From an uncultured Gemmatimonadales bacterium (GTDB taxonomy: Bacteria; Gemmatimonadota; Gemmatimonadetes; Gemmatimonadales; Gemmatimonadaceae): a stretch of 64,000 bases of DNA. Within the stretch, counting starts at the first letter, position 1, and each line of letters starts with the position of its first letter. The notes under the pieces are model-generated. The model ran no database searches, was not told where the DNA came from, and saw only the letters and a list, made by a program, of their open reading frames with translations. Both the position numbers and the translations under genes were made by a program. The stretch covers positions 64,001 to 128,000 of the forward strand of contig CAWKNZ010000005.1 of assembly GCA_963851265.1 (NCBI GenBank), in the 5' to 3' direction. Positions 1 to 9,597 of the stretch are shown here, piece by piece.

Positions 1-832
1 CGAATCGCTCGACGCGTTTCTCGCGAAGATCGGGCAGCCCGGCGCCGGCCCGCGGGTGGCGTGGGTCATGGTGCCGGCCGGTCCGCCGACGGACGAGACC
101 ATCAGCGCGCTCATGGCCCACATGACCGCCGGCGACATCATCATCGACGGCGGCAACAGCAACTACCAGGACTCGATCCGCCGCGCCCAGGCGTGCGCGG
201 AAAAGGGCGTGCGCTTTCTCGACTCGGGCACGAGCGGCGGCGTCTGGGGCCTCAAGGAGGGCTACGCGCTCATGATCGGCGGCGACGCCGACGCGGTCGA
301 GACGGCGCGCCCGATCTTCGAGACGCTCGCCCCCGCGCCCGACAAGGGGTGGGGCCACATGGGCCCGGCGGGCTCCGGGCACTTCGTGAAGATGATCCAC
401 AACGGCATCGAGTACGGCCTCATGCAGGCGTACGCCGAAGGGTTCGCGATCATGCGGCACAAGAAAGACTTCGGCGGCACGGCCGCTGAGCTCGACCTCG
501 CCAACATCGCCGAACTGTGGCGGTACGGGTCGGTCGTTCGCTCGTGGTTGCTCGACCTGACCGCGATCGCGCTCAAGGACAACCCCCAGATGCAGGGTAT
601 CGCGCCCTTCGTCGCGGACTCGGGGGAGGGGCGGTGGACGGTGGCCGAGGCGCTCGCGCTCGACGTGCCGGCGCCGATCATCACCGGGTCGCTCATCGCG
701 CGGCTGCGCTCGCGTGACGCGGAGGGGTACACCGAACGGCTACTCTCGGCCATGCGCAACCAGTTCGGCGGGCACGCGATCAAGCACGAGGACGCCGCGG
801 CTTCGGCCGCGCAGACCGGAGGTGCCGCGTGA
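1..832 (+). CDS. gnd: 6-phosphogluconate dehydrogenase (decarboxylating, short Gnd/YqeC type), 5' end outside window
   Basis: Motifs VMVPAG, IIDGGNSNYQD, DSGTSGG, GHFVKMIHNGIEYG, DSGEGRWT, MRNQFGGH; frame is open to the window edge. Confidence 0.95.
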   Translation, partial: ESLDAFLAKIGQPGAGPRVAWVMVPAGPPTDETISALMAHMTAGDIIIDGGNSNYQDSIRRAQACAEKGVRFLDSGTSGGVWGLKEGYALMIGGDADAVETARPIFETLAPAPDKGWGHMGPAGSGHFVKMIHNGIEYGLMQAYAEGFAIMRHKKDFGGTAAELDLANIAELWRYGSVVRSWLLDLTAIALKDNPQMQGIAPFVADSGEGRWTVAEALALDVPAPIITGSLIARLRSRDAEGYTERLLSAMRNQFGGHAIKHEDAAASAAQTGGAA

Positions 833-2523
833 GCGACGCGCCGCCGACCAACGGACAGCACGGGGCGGGGAAGGACGGCGCCGGGAAGGACGGCGCCCCG
901 AACGGCTCGTCGCCGTCCCCGGCCGAACACCCGGCATCGGCCACGGCCCTCGCGGCGACCGCGAACACGCCGTCGGCCGTATCGGCCGTCGCCACCACCG
1001 CCCAGAACGCGGGCGGCGGCCGAGTGGCGGACGCGCCCGACCCGAGCGTGTTCATCATCTTCGGCGCGACGGGTGACCTCGCGAAGCGCAAGATCCTGCC
1101 GGCGCTGTGGCAGCTCTTCTCACAGGGCGCGACCGCGGCCGGGTGCGCGATCATCGGCACGAGCCGCGACGCGACCATCGACGACGCGAAGTACCGGGAC
1201 ATCGTCGTCGACGCGGTCGCGTCCGCGCACAAGGCGGCGGACGCGGGCAAGCTGCGCGCGTGGGCCGACAAGTGGGTGTTCTTCCAGCCGGCCGACCGCG
1301 ACCTCAACCCGCTCAAGGCGCGCATCGAGGAGGTGGAGAAATCGTTAGGCCTCCCCGGCAACCGCGCCTTCTACCTCTCGCTGCCGCCGGCCGTGTTCCC
1401 GCCGACGGTCGAACACCTCGGCGAGATCGGACTGAACCGCGGCCCGGCGGGCACGTGGACGCGCATCATCATCGAGAAGCCGTTCGGGCGCGACCTCGCG
1501 ACGGCGCGCGCGCTCAACGAACTCGTGCACCGCAACTTCGACGAACACCAGGTCTACCGGATCGACCACTACCTCGGCAAAGAGACCGTGCAGAACCTGC
1601 TGGTCTTCCGCTTCGCGAACGCCATGTTCGAGAGCGTGTGGGACCGCGACCACGTCGAGAGCGTGATGATCACGGTGGCGGAGGAGTTGGGGCTGGAATC
1701 GCGCGCGAGCTACTACGAGACCGCCGGCGCCCTGCGCGACATGGTGCAGAGCCACCTCACGCAGCTGCTCACGCTCGTCGCGATGGAGGTGCCCGCGGCG
1801 ATGGACGCCGACAGCATCCGCGCGGAGAAGCTCAAGGTCATCCGCTCCGTCCGGCCGCTCTCCGCGGAGGACGCGGTGCTCGGGCAGTACGAGGCCGGCG
1901 ACGTGAACGGCACGCCGGTGCCGTCGTACCGCGAGGAACCGGGCGTCGCCCCGGATTCGCGCACCGACACGTTCGCCGCGCTCAAGCTGAACGTCGAGAA
2001 CTGGCGGTGGCAGGGCGTGCCGTTCTACCTGCGCACGGGAAAGCGGCTGCCCAAGCGCCTCACCGAGATCGAGATCAAGTTCCGCCGCGCGCCGGTGTGG
2101 ATGTTCCGCGGCCAGGCGTCGCAGCAGGACGCGCCCGGGGCGGAGCTGCACCGCAACACGCTGCTCGTCACGCTGCAGCCCGACGAGGGCTTCTCGCTCT
2201 ACTTCGACGTGAAGGCGCCGGGCGATCCGTTCCGGATCAAGCGGCTGCCGCTGCACTTCAACTACGCCGAGGCGTTCGCGGGTTCGCCCGAGGCGTACGA
2301 GACGCTGATGCGCGACGTGCTGGTCGGCGACCAGACGCTGTTCGTGCACGCGGCGGAGGTCGAGGCGAGCTGGGCGCTTTACGCGCCGCTGCTGGACGGG
2401 CGGCGGGCCGTGTACCCGTACGCGGCGGGCACGTGGGGGCCGGCGGAGGCCGCGCACCTGACGTCGCACACGCCGCCGGTGACGGCCGGGGCGGCCACGG
2501 ACCAGCCGATGGTGATGCGGTGA
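829..2523 (+). CDS. zwf: Glucose-6-phosphate 1-dehydrogenase
   Basis: IFGATGDLAKRK, EKPFG, RIDHYLGKETVQN, RWQGVPFYLRTGKRL; GTGA overlap with gnd stop; low-complexity N-terminal extension makes the start uncertain. Confidence 0.96.
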   Translation: MSDAPPTNGQHGAGKDGAGKDGAPNGSSPSPAEHPASATALAATANTPSAVSAVATTAQNAGGGRVADAPDPSVFIIFGATGDLAKRKILPALWQLFSQGATAAGCAIIGTSRDATIDDAKYRDIVVDAVASAHKAADAGKLRAWADKWVFFQPADRDLNPLKARIEEVEKSLGLPGNRAFYLSLPPAVFPPTVEHLGEIGLNRGPAGTWTRIIIEKPFGRDLATARALNELVHRNFDEHQVYRIDHYLGKETVQNLLVFRFANAMFESVWDRDHVESVMITVAEELGLESRASYYETAGALRDMVQSHLTQLLTLVAMEVPAAMDADSIRAEKLKVIRSVRPLSAEDAVLGQYEAGDVNGTPVPSYREEPGVAPDSRTDTFAALKLNVENWRWQGVPFYLRTGKRLPKRLTEIEIKFRRAPVWMFRGQASQQDAPGAELHRNTLLVTLQPDEGFSLYFDVKAPGDPFRIKRLPLHFNYAEAFAGSPEAYETLMRDVLVGDQTLFVHAAEVEASWALYAPLLDGRRAVYPYAAGTWGPAEAAHLTSHTPPVTAGAATDQPMVMR

Positions 2524-3317
2524 GCGTGAGCGGCGGGGACGTCGAGCGCGCGGTCGTGGCGGACGGCGCCGCCGCGGCCGCGCGGGCGGCGGCGCTGTTC
2601 GCCGACGCGGCCCGGCGCGCGGTCGCGGCGCGCGGGCGGTTCGTGGTCGCGCTCGCGGGCGGCAGCACGCCCAAGGCCGCGTACGCGCTGCTCGCCGGCG
2701 CGGCGCCCGAATCTGCGTTGGGCGCCGACGTGTGGGGCGCGACGAACGTGTGGTTCGGCGACGAGCGCTGCGTGCCGCCGGACTCGCCGGACAGCAACTA
2801 CCGGATGGCGCACGAGGCGCTGTTGTCGCGGGTGCCCGTGCCCGAGGCGCAGGTCTACCGCATCGAAGGCGAGCGCGCGCCCGAGGACGCGGCTGCGCGC
2901 TACGACGCCCTGCTGCGCGGCGAGGCCGTGGCGGGGCGTGACGCGGCCGCGGCCCGCGACGGGACCGACGTGCCGCGCGACCCCGTCGGCGCGCCGCTGT
3001 TCGACCTCGTGCTGCTCGGCGTCGGGCCGGACGGGCACACGGCGTCGCTCTTTCCGGGGACGCCCGGGCTGGACGAGCAGACGCGCTGGGTGCTCGCGGT
3101 CGCGGCGCCGGTCGCGCTGACGCCCAAGGTGCCACGCATCACGCTGACGTTCCCGGCGCTCGGCGCGGCGCGCGAGGTCATGGTGCTCGCGGTCGGGGCG
3201 GAGAAGCGTGAGGCGGTGCGCGCGGCGTTCGGAGGCGGGACGGACGTGCCGCCGTCGGGCCGGGTGCGCGGTCGCGAGCGGACCGTCTGGGTACTGGACG
3301 AGGCGGCCGCCAGGTAG
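2520..3317 (+). CDS. pgl: 6-phosphogluconolactonase
   Basis: VALAGGSTP, WFGDERCVPPDSPDSNY, LLGVGPDGHTASLFPG, PRITLT; GTG at 2520 overlaps zwf TGA. Confidence 0.93.
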   Translation: MSVSGGDVERAVVADGAAAAARAAALFADAARRAVAARGRFVVALAGGSTPKAAYALLAGAAPESALGADVWGATNVWFGDERCVPPDSPDSNYRMAHEALLSRVPVPEAQVYRIEGERAPEDAAARYDALLRGEAVAGRDAAAARDGTDVPRDPVGAPLFDLVLLGVGPDGHTASLFPGTPGLDEQTRWVLAVAAPVALTPKVPRITLTFPALGAAREVMVLAVGAEKREAVRAAFGGGTDVPPSGRVRGRERTVWVLDEAAAR

Positions 3318-3515
3318 TCTGCGATCGGTCGAGGGGTCGCACGTCACCCCCGCGCGAGCGGGGGCCGCGCTCCCGACCGCCACGGCCAGCAGCCGGTCGA
3401 ACGAACGACGTGCGGCAGACAGGGAATCATGCCCGTTCGGGCGAAATCATCCCCGGGGGTGTGCGCCGCGGATTCCGATGTCGCTCCGGGCTCCACGCGA
3501 CCCTGCCGGGCGCGA

Positions 3516-3544
3516 TTGACATGCCTCGTGGGACCCGGCATCGT
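3516..3544 (+). promoter_or_regulatory. Candidate sigma70 promoter for the S9 peptidase gene
   Basis: TTGACA (3516-3521), 17-nt spacer, CATCGT (3539-3544), about 40 nt upstream of ATG 3584. Confidence 0.4.
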
Positions 3545-3583
3545 GGCGAGTTGCCGTTCGCGACTCCCCCGCATCCGATTCGC

Positions 3584-5746
3584 ATGCACGCCCGCCCACT
3601 CCGCGCCGGGCTCCTCGGCGCGTTCGCCACCACGCTCGCCGCGGCGGCACTCAGTGCCCCCGTAGTCGCCCAGACCCCGCGCGCGCCCGTCGCCCCCCGC
3701 CGCCCGCAGGTCGACACGCTCAACGGCGAGGTGCGCACCGACGACTACGCGTGGCTCAAGAACAAGCGCGACTCCGCCGTGCTCGCCTACCTGCGCGCCG
3801 AGAACGCCTACGGCGACTCGGTGACCGCACACACGGCCCCCCTGCGCGACACGCTCTACCGCGAAATGCTCGCGCGCGTCAAGGAGACCGACCTCTCGGT
3901 GCCGTACCGCAAGGACGGCTACTGGTACTACACGCGCACCGAGCAGGGCAAGGCGTACCCCATCTACTGCCGGCGCCGCGGCACGATGGGCGCGCCCGAG
4001 GAGGTCGTCCTCGACCAGAACGCGCGCGCGGCCGGCAAGAAGTTTCACGGGCTCGGCGGCTTCGACGTCAGCCCCGACGGCTCGACGCTGCTGTTCCTCG
4101 AGGACACCACCGCGCTCCGCGTCTACACGCTCTACGCCAAGGACCTGCGCACCGGCCGGCTCGTCGATACCGTGCCTAACGTCACCGGCGCGACGGCGTG
4201 GGCGAACGACAACCGCACCTTCTTCTACGTCACAGGCGACTCCGCCCGGCGCGACAACGCGGTCTGGCGTCACACGCTCGGCGGCGCCCGCGGCGCCGAC
4301 GCCAACGTGTTCCGCGAGGACTCGCTGCTCTACAACGTGGGCCTCGACCGCACGCGCGACGGCCGCTACGTCGTCATGGGCGCGCAGAGCTTCACCACCT
4401 CCGACTGGCGCGTGATCCCGGCCGACCGTCCGGCCGACGCGCCGCGAGCGACCGGCGGGCGGCGCGACGGCGTCGAGTACACGCTCGAACACGGGCCCGG
4501 CGGCTGGTTCATCCGCACCAACACCGGCGGCGCGGTCAACTTCAAGGTCGTGCGGGCCCCGGACGCCGACCCCACGCCGGGCGCGTGGACCGACTGGCTC
4601 CCGCACCGCGATTCGGCGTACGTGGAAGGCGTCGACGCGTTCCGCGACTTCGTCGTCGTGAGCGAGCGCACGGGCGGGATGCGCCGGCTGCGCGTCACCG
4701 AACTCGCCGCCGGGCGCTCGCACACGGTGGCGCTGCCCGAGGCCGCGTACGGCGTGTTCGCCAGCGACAACGCGGAGTTCGTGACGCCGACGTTCCGGTT
4801 CGTCTACTCGTCGCTCGTCACGCCCAACACGGTGTACGACTACGACGTCGCCGCGCGGCGGCTCGACGTCAAGAAGCGCGTCGAGGTCCCGACGTACGAC
4901 GCGTCGCGCTACGAGGTGCGGCGCCTCATGATCACCGCGCGCGACGGCACCCCGGTCCCGGTGTCGCTGCTGACGCGCAAGGGCGCGACGCCCGACCCGC
5001 GAACCCCGCTCCTCCTCTATGCGTACGGCTCGTACGGCTACACGACCGAGCCGACGTTCCACTCGCCCGTGTTCTCGCTCGTCGACCGCGGCTTCGTCTA
5101 CGCCATCGCGCACATCCGCGGAGGGCAGGAGATGGGGCGCCGCTGGTACGACGCGGGCAAGATGATGCAGAAGCGGAACACGTTCTACGACTTCGAAGAC
5201 GTGGCCGAGGGGCTGGTCAAGCTGCACTACACCTCGCCCGACCGCCTCGTCGCGAACGGCGGGTCCGCGGGCGGCCTGTTGATGGGCGTGGTCGCCAACG
5301 AGCGGCCGCAAGACTTCCGGGCGATCGTCGCCGACGTGCCGTTCGTCGACGTCGTCAACACCATGCTCGACGCCTCGCTCCCGCTCACCGCGCAGGAGTG
5401 GCTGCAGTGGGGCAACCCGCGGGTGCCTGCCGAGTACGCCTACCTCAAGACGTACTCGCCGTACGACAACGTGCGGCCGCAGGCCTACCCGTGGCTGCTG
5501 GTCACGAGTTCGCTCAACGACTCGCAGGTGGCCTTCCACGAGCCCACCAAGTGGGTCGCGAAGTTGCGCGCGACGAAGACCGACACCAACCCGCTCGTGC
5601 TGCACATGAACATGAACGGCGGGCACGGCGGGTCGTCGGGGCGCTACGACGTGCTGCGCGAGCAGGCCTACCGCTACGCGTTCATGCTGGACGCGGTCGG
5701 CCTCGCCGGCGGCTCCAGGCGCACCGCGGCGGCCGTGCAGCCGTGA
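3584..5746 (+). CDS. ptrB: Oligopeptidase B-like S9A prolyl oligopeptidase family peptidase, secreted
   Basis: DDYAWL, YLRAENAY, YAYGSYG, HIRGGQEMGRRWY, catalytic GGSAGG, NDSQV, GGHGG; Ala-rich signal peptide ending VVAQ. Confidence 0.9.
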   Translation: MHARPLRAGLLGAFATTLAAAALSAPVVAQTPRAPVAPRRPQVDTLNGEVRTDDYAWLKNKRDSAVLAYLRAENAYGDSVTAHTAPLRDTLYREMLARVKETDLSVPYRKDGYWYYTRTEQGKAYPIYCRRRGTMGAPEEVVLDQNARAAGKKFHGLGGFDVSPDGSTLLFLEDTTALRVYTLYAKDLRTGRLVDTVPNVTGATAWANDNRTFFYVTGDSARRDNAVWRHTLGGARGADANVFREDSLLYNVGLDRTRDGRYVVMGAQSFTTSDWRVIPADRPADAPRATGGRRDGVEYTLEHGPGGWFIRTNTGGAVNFKVVRAPDADPTPGAWTDWLPHRDSAYVEGVDAFRDFVVVSERTGGMRRLRVTELAAGRSHTVALPEAAYGVFASDNAEFVTPTFRFVYSSLVTPNTVYDYDVAARRLDVKKRVEVPTYDASRYEVRRLMITARDGTPVPVSLLTRKGATPDPRTPLLLYAYGSYGYTTEPTFHSPVFSLVDRGFVYAIAHIRGGQEMGRRWYDAGKMMQKRNTFYDFEDVAEGLVKLHYTSPDRLVANGGSAGGLLMGVVANERPQDFRAIVADVPFVDVVNTMLDASLPLTAQEWLQWGNPRVPAEYAYLKTYSPYDNVRPQAYPWLLVTSSLNDSQVAFHEPTKWVAKLRATKTDTNPLVLHMNMNGGHGGSSGRYDVLREQAYRYAFMLDAVGLAGGSRRTAAAVQP

Positions 5747-5801
5747 TCGGGCGACGACCCGCCGCCCCGCCCGCCGCGCGCTGACTGGCGCGGCGGGTTC
5801 C

Positions 5802-6455
5802 GTGTCGCCCCCGCCCGCGTTCTCGCTCTTCGAGTTGATGCGGTTCACGCCGCGGGCGGGGTTCCCGGACGGTTTCGCGCGGCTCGACGGCCACCTCGAC
5901 CGGCTCGCCGCGAGCGCCGCGCACTTCGGCTTCGCGGACCCCACGGCGGCCGCGGTCGCCGCGCTGCGGCGCGAGGCGTCGCGGCTCGCCGGCGAACCGC
6001 AGCGCTGGCGCGTGCGGCTCGTCGCGCACGCGGACGGGAGCGCGACGGTCGCGAGCGCCCTCCTGCCGCCCGACGCGTCGCGCGTGCGCACGGCCGCGCT
6101 CGCGCGCACGCCGGTCGACCGCGCCGACGTGTTTCTGCGCCACAAGACCACGCACCGCGCCGTCTACGATGCGCGCCGCGCCGAACGCACGCACGTCGAC
6201 GAGGTGCTGCTGTGGAACGCGGAGGGCGAGCTCACCGAGTTCACGACCGGCTCGCTCGTCGTCGAGGTCGGCGGGCGCCGCTGGACCCCGCCGCTCGCGT
6301 GCGGGTTGCTGGCGGGCGTCATGCGCGCGGCGCTGCTCGCGGGCGGACTCGTCGCCGAACGCGTGCTCCGCGCCGGCGACCTCGCGGGCGCGCGCACCTG
6401 GCACGTGAGCAGCCTGCGCGAGTGGGTGCCGGTGGAGATGGCGCCCTGGCCGTGA
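5802..6455 (+). CDS. Aminotransferase class IV / aminodeoxychorismate lyase (PabC)-like protein
   Basis: HLDRLAASA, FLRHKTTHR, LLWNAEGELTE, TPPLACGLLAGVMR. Confidence 0.8.
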   Translation: MSPPPAFSLFELMRFTPRAGFPDGFARLDGHLDRLAASAAHFGFADPTAAAVAALRREASRLAGEPQRWRVRLVAHADGSATVASALLPPDASRVRTAALARTPVDRADVFLRHKTTHRAVYDARRAERTHVDEVLLWNAEGELTEFTTGSLVVEVGGRRWTPPLACGLLAGVMRAALLAGGLVAERVLRAGDLAGARTWHVSSLREWVPVEMAPWP

Positions 6456-6573
6456 AGCCGTCACCGGGATGCAACGATCCCGGTGTGCGTCGCTGCGTTC
6501 CGTGCCGATCTTCGATATTGTCCCGCCGTCACACGGCCTCATCACCGACGTCCGTTTCCGAGCCATCCTGCGT

Positions 6574-6960
6574 ATGAGTGGTCGCAGCCCCGTCACCCGC
6601 GTCAACAAGCCGTGGGGACACGAGATCATCTGGGCCCATACCGACGAGTACGTCGGCAAGATTCTGCACGTGAAAGCCGGGCAGGCGCTCTCGGTGCAGT
6701 ACCACGAGCGCAAGGACGAAACGGTCTACCTGCTGTCGGGCGAGATGCGCTACTGGGTGAAGCCGGACGGCGTCGACGGCCCCGGCGCGCTCGAGGACAT
6801 GCGCCTGACCGAGGGCGACGCGTTCCGCATCACGCCCGGCACGGTGCACTACATCGAGGCCGTCACCGACTGCGACGTGCTCGAGGCCAGCACCCCGCAC
6901 CTCGACGACGTCGTACGGCTCAAAGATCGCTACGGCCGCGAAGGCACCAGCGCCGCCTAA
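6574..6960 (+). CDS. Cupin domain protein (mannose-6-phosphate isomerase C-terminal-like)
   Basis: KPWGHE, LSVQYHERKDET, PGTVH, LEASTPHLDDVVRL. Confidence 0.85.
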   Translation: MSGRSPVTRVNKPWGHEIIWAHTDEYVGKILHVKAGQALSVQYHERKDETVYLLSGEMRYWVKPDGVDGPGALEDMRLTEGDAFRITPGTVHYIEAVTDCDVLEASTPHLDDVVRLKDRYGREGTSAA

Positions 6961-6977
6961 ACTCTCATCACACCGTC

Positions 6978-7964
6978 ATGAAGGTCATCATCCCGCTCGC
7001 CGGCAAGGGCACGCGCCTGCGCCCCCACACGTACGTGACGCCCAAGCCCATGCTGCGCATCGCGGGCAAGCCGGTCATGGACTACGTCATGGACGACGTC
7101 AAGCAGGTGGGCGGCGTCGAGCAGGTCATCTACGTGACGGGTCACCTGAAGGAGAAGGTCGAGGCGCACGCGCGCGACGACATCGGACTGCCCGCCGTGT
7201 TCGTCGAGCAGGCGGTGCAGGACGGCACGGCCGGCGCCGTGAACCTCGCGCGCCCGTACGTCGACCAGCCGGTGCTGATCATCTTCGTCGACACGATCTT
7301 CGACGCCGACCTCTCGGTGGTCAACACGACCGACGCCGACGGCATCATCTGGACGAAGGAGGTCGAGGACTACCAGCGTTTCGGCGTCGTCGTCACCGAT
7401 GCGGACGGCTACATGACGCGCATCGTCGAGAAGCCGCGCGAGCCGATCTCGAAGCGCGCGAACATCGGCCTCTACTACGTCCGCAACTGGCAACTCCTGT
7501 ACGAGGGCATCGCTCACGTGCTCACCCAGCCGAAGAACAAGGGCGAGTACTACCTGACCGACGCCTTCCAGTACATGATCGACCGCGGCGCGAAGCTCAA
7601 GGTGATCGACGTGGCGGGCTGGTACGACGCGGGGCAGCCCGAGACGTTCCTCGACACGAACCGCGTGATGCTCGAAAAGGGGCGCGCGCGCCGGCCGGCA
7701 GCGTTAGGCGACGGGGCGCGGGTGGTCGACCCCGTCTACATCGAGGACGGCGTGACGGTGACGAACTCCACCGTCGGGCCAAACGTCAGCATTCTGGCCG
7801 GAACCGTCGTCGACGGGACGGAGATCCGCGACGCGGTGGTCGGGGCGGGGGCGCAGCTCGTGAACTGCCGGATCCACGACGCGATCATCGGCGACCGCGC
7901 CAAACTCAGTGGCTACGCGGGCGCCGGCTCAATCGGCGACGACACCGAGATCACCGCCGGGTAG
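6978..7964 (+). CDS. Sugar-phosphate nucleotidyltransferase with C-terminal left-handed beta-helix
   Basis: IPLAGKGTRLRPHT-PKP, VEKP, EYYLTDA, WYDAG; hexapeptide-like C-terminus. Confidence 0.9.
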   Translation: MKVIIPLAGKGTRLRPHTYVTPKPMLRIAGKPVMDYVMDDVKQVGGVEQVIYVTGHLKEKVEAHARDDIGLPAVFVEQAVQDGTAGAVNLARPYVDQPVLIIFVDTIFDADLSVVNTTDADGIIWTKEVEDYQRFGVVVTDADGYMTRIVEKPREPISKRANIGLYYVRNWQLLYEGIAHVLTQPKNKGEYYLTDAFQYMIDRGAKLKVIDVAGWYDAGQPETFLDTNRVMLEKGRARRPAALGDGARVVDPVYIEDGVTVTNSTVGPNVSILAGTVVDGTEIRDAVVGAGAQLVNCRIHDAIIGDRAKLSGYAGAGSIGDDTEITAG

Positions 7965-7980
7965 CCCGGCCGCGTCGGCG

Positions 7981-8018
7981 GCGGCGACGCGCGGGCGGCA
8001 CCCGCCGCGCGTCGCCGC
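7981..8018. terminator. Hairpin between convergent genes, possible bidirectional terminator
   Basis: GCGGCGACGCGCGG (7981-7994) pairs with CCGCGCGTCGCCGC (8005-8018); no U-tract. Confidence 0.5.
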
Positions 8019-8023
8019 ACCGA

Positions 8024-9241
8024 TCACTGCGCGAGCCCGGCCGCCGCGCAGACGATCGTCAGCGCGCGCGCCACTCCGAGCGCGCCGTCGACGTTCTCGT
8101 ACCACTCGCCCGGCGTGTGCGCGAGCCCGCCCCGGCCGCCGGCGCCGATCGCGACCGCCGGCACGCCGAGCCCGAGTGGCACGTTCGCGTCCGTCGACGC
8201 CGCGCCGGCCTGCGGCGTCCGCCCGATCAGGCGTGTTGCCGCGAGCGCGGCCTGCACGAGCGGATGGTCGCCCGCGATGGCGCCCGCTGGGCGGTCCCCG
8301 ATCACCTCCACCGCCGCCGTGAGCGCCGCCGTGCCCGGTGAACGCACCGCGTTCTCGTCCGCCGCGGCTGCCCTCGCCGCGCGTCGTACGACGCTCGCAT
8401 AGTCGTCGAGCCCGCGCGCGGTGGTCGCGCGCAGGTCGACTTCCAGCCACGCCTCGGCCGGGATCGCGTTCACGCTCAGGCCCCCCCCGATCCGCCCGAC
8501 GGACAGCGTGACGCGTCCGCCCGCGCCGGCCGCCGTGCCCGGCGGGAGGGCGACCTCGGCCAGTCGGGTCGCGGCGCGCGCGGCCGCGTGCACCGCGTTC
8601 ACCGTGCCGAACGCGGCCCAACTGTGCCCGCCCGGCCCGCGGAAGGTCAGCCGGAAACGGCGCGCGCCCACCGCCCGATGCACGACGCGTTCGTCGCCTG
8701 GTCCGTCGAGGACGACGGCGGCCGCGGGCCGCGCGTCGGCCGGGAACTGCGCGAAGTAGTGCTTGGCGCCGACGAGGTCGCCCAGCCCCTCCTCGCCGAC
8801 GGTAGCGACGAATTCGACGGGACGTCGGGTGCGAACCCCCTCACCGTCGAGCGCCGCGGCGAGCGCGAGGAGGGCGGCCAACCCGCGTCCGTTGTCGCCG
8901 ATCCCGGGCGCGACCAACCGGACTCCGTCCGCGCGGACCCCCGTCGGGACCTCGCGCGGGAAGACCGTGTCCATGTGCGCGCACACGGCGATCGGCGGCG
9001 TACCCGCAGCCGCGACGCCGGGCCGGCGTGCGACGACGTTGCCGGCCGCGTCGATCCGCACGTCCGGCACCCCGGCCGCCCGCAGCCGGTCGGCGATCCA
9101 GCCAGCTCGTGCCGATTCGTCGCCGGTGGGTGCGGCGATCTCGGTCACGGCGACCTGGTTCGCGACGACCATCGCGTCCGCCGCGGCGAGCCGGGCGCGG
9201 ACCGGCGCCAGCGCCGCGTACGTGGCGCCGACGTCGTCCAT
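8024..9241 (-). CDS. M20/M25/M40 family metallo-hydrolase
   Basis: AHMDTVFP, GIGDNGRG, VGEEGLGDL, GGHSW, STDANVP, AHTPGEW; ATG at 9241 lies downstream of ybdD. Confidence 0.88.
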   Translation of the reverse strand: MDDVGATYAALAPVRARLAAADAMVVANQVAVTEIAAPTGDESARAGWIADRLRAAGVPDVRIDAAGNVVARRPGVAAAGTPPIAVCAHMDTVFPREVPTGVRADGVRLVAPGIGDNGRGLAALLALAAALDGEGVRTRRPVEFVATVGEEGLGDLVGAKHYFAQFPADARPAAAVVLDGPGDERVVHRAVGARRFRLTFRGPGGHSWAAFGTVNAVHAAARAATRLAEVALPPGTAAGAGGRVTLSVGRIGGGLSVNAIPAEAWLEVDLRATTARGLDDYASVVRRAARAAAADENAVRSPGTAALTAAVEVIGDRPAGAIAGDHPLVQAALAATRLIGRTPQAGAASTDANVPLGLGVPAVAIGAGGRGGLAHTPGEWYENVDGALGVARALTIVCAAAGLAQ

Positions 9242-9264
9242 CGGCGTGACGACCCCGCGCGCGG

Positions 9265-9456
9265 TCAGCAGCAGCGCGCGCCCGGCCGCGCGTAGCGCGC
9301 GGCGAGCCGCTCGCGCTCGAACGCCGCGCGGTCGGGCACCGGCGCGGCCGGGTCCCGGCTCCGCACGAACGTCACGTAGCGCTCGTAATCGGGCGCGCCG
9401 AGCACGGTCGGGACCGCGCGGACGAGGGCGGCGAGAAGCGAGAGGAGGCGCGACAC
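9265..9456 (-). CDS. YbdD/YjiX (DUF466) family small CstA-associated protein
   Basis: 63 aa; G-PDYERYV, F-RER-ARY and C-terminal RCC signature of the family. Confidence 0.85.
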   Translation of the reverse strand: MSRLLSLLAALVRAVPTVLGAPDYERYVTFVRSRDPAAPVPDRAAFERERLAARYARPGARCC

Positions 9457-9597
9457 GGGCAGGGCTGGGGACCACGCGAAGGTAGGGCGCGCTCCGCGGT
9501 CCCGCCACGTCGGCCGGGGTGCGGCGGGTCACCCGTTGCGACCGCTCCGTCCCGGGCGTCTCTGGCATGCCGCGCTCCTGGCTATCAATCCCCCGCC

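Noticed and set aside
3318..3583. Possible riboswitch/ncRNA between pgl and ptrB
   Set aside because: Only short GC hairpins; I could not match any riboswitch consensus by eye (an Rfam/Infernal scan would settle it)
9265..9273. Selenocysteine read-through at the TGA after RCC in the YbdD-like gene
   Set aside because: Both terminal cysteines are already encoded as TGC, so the TGA is at the normal family end; no SECIS was evident
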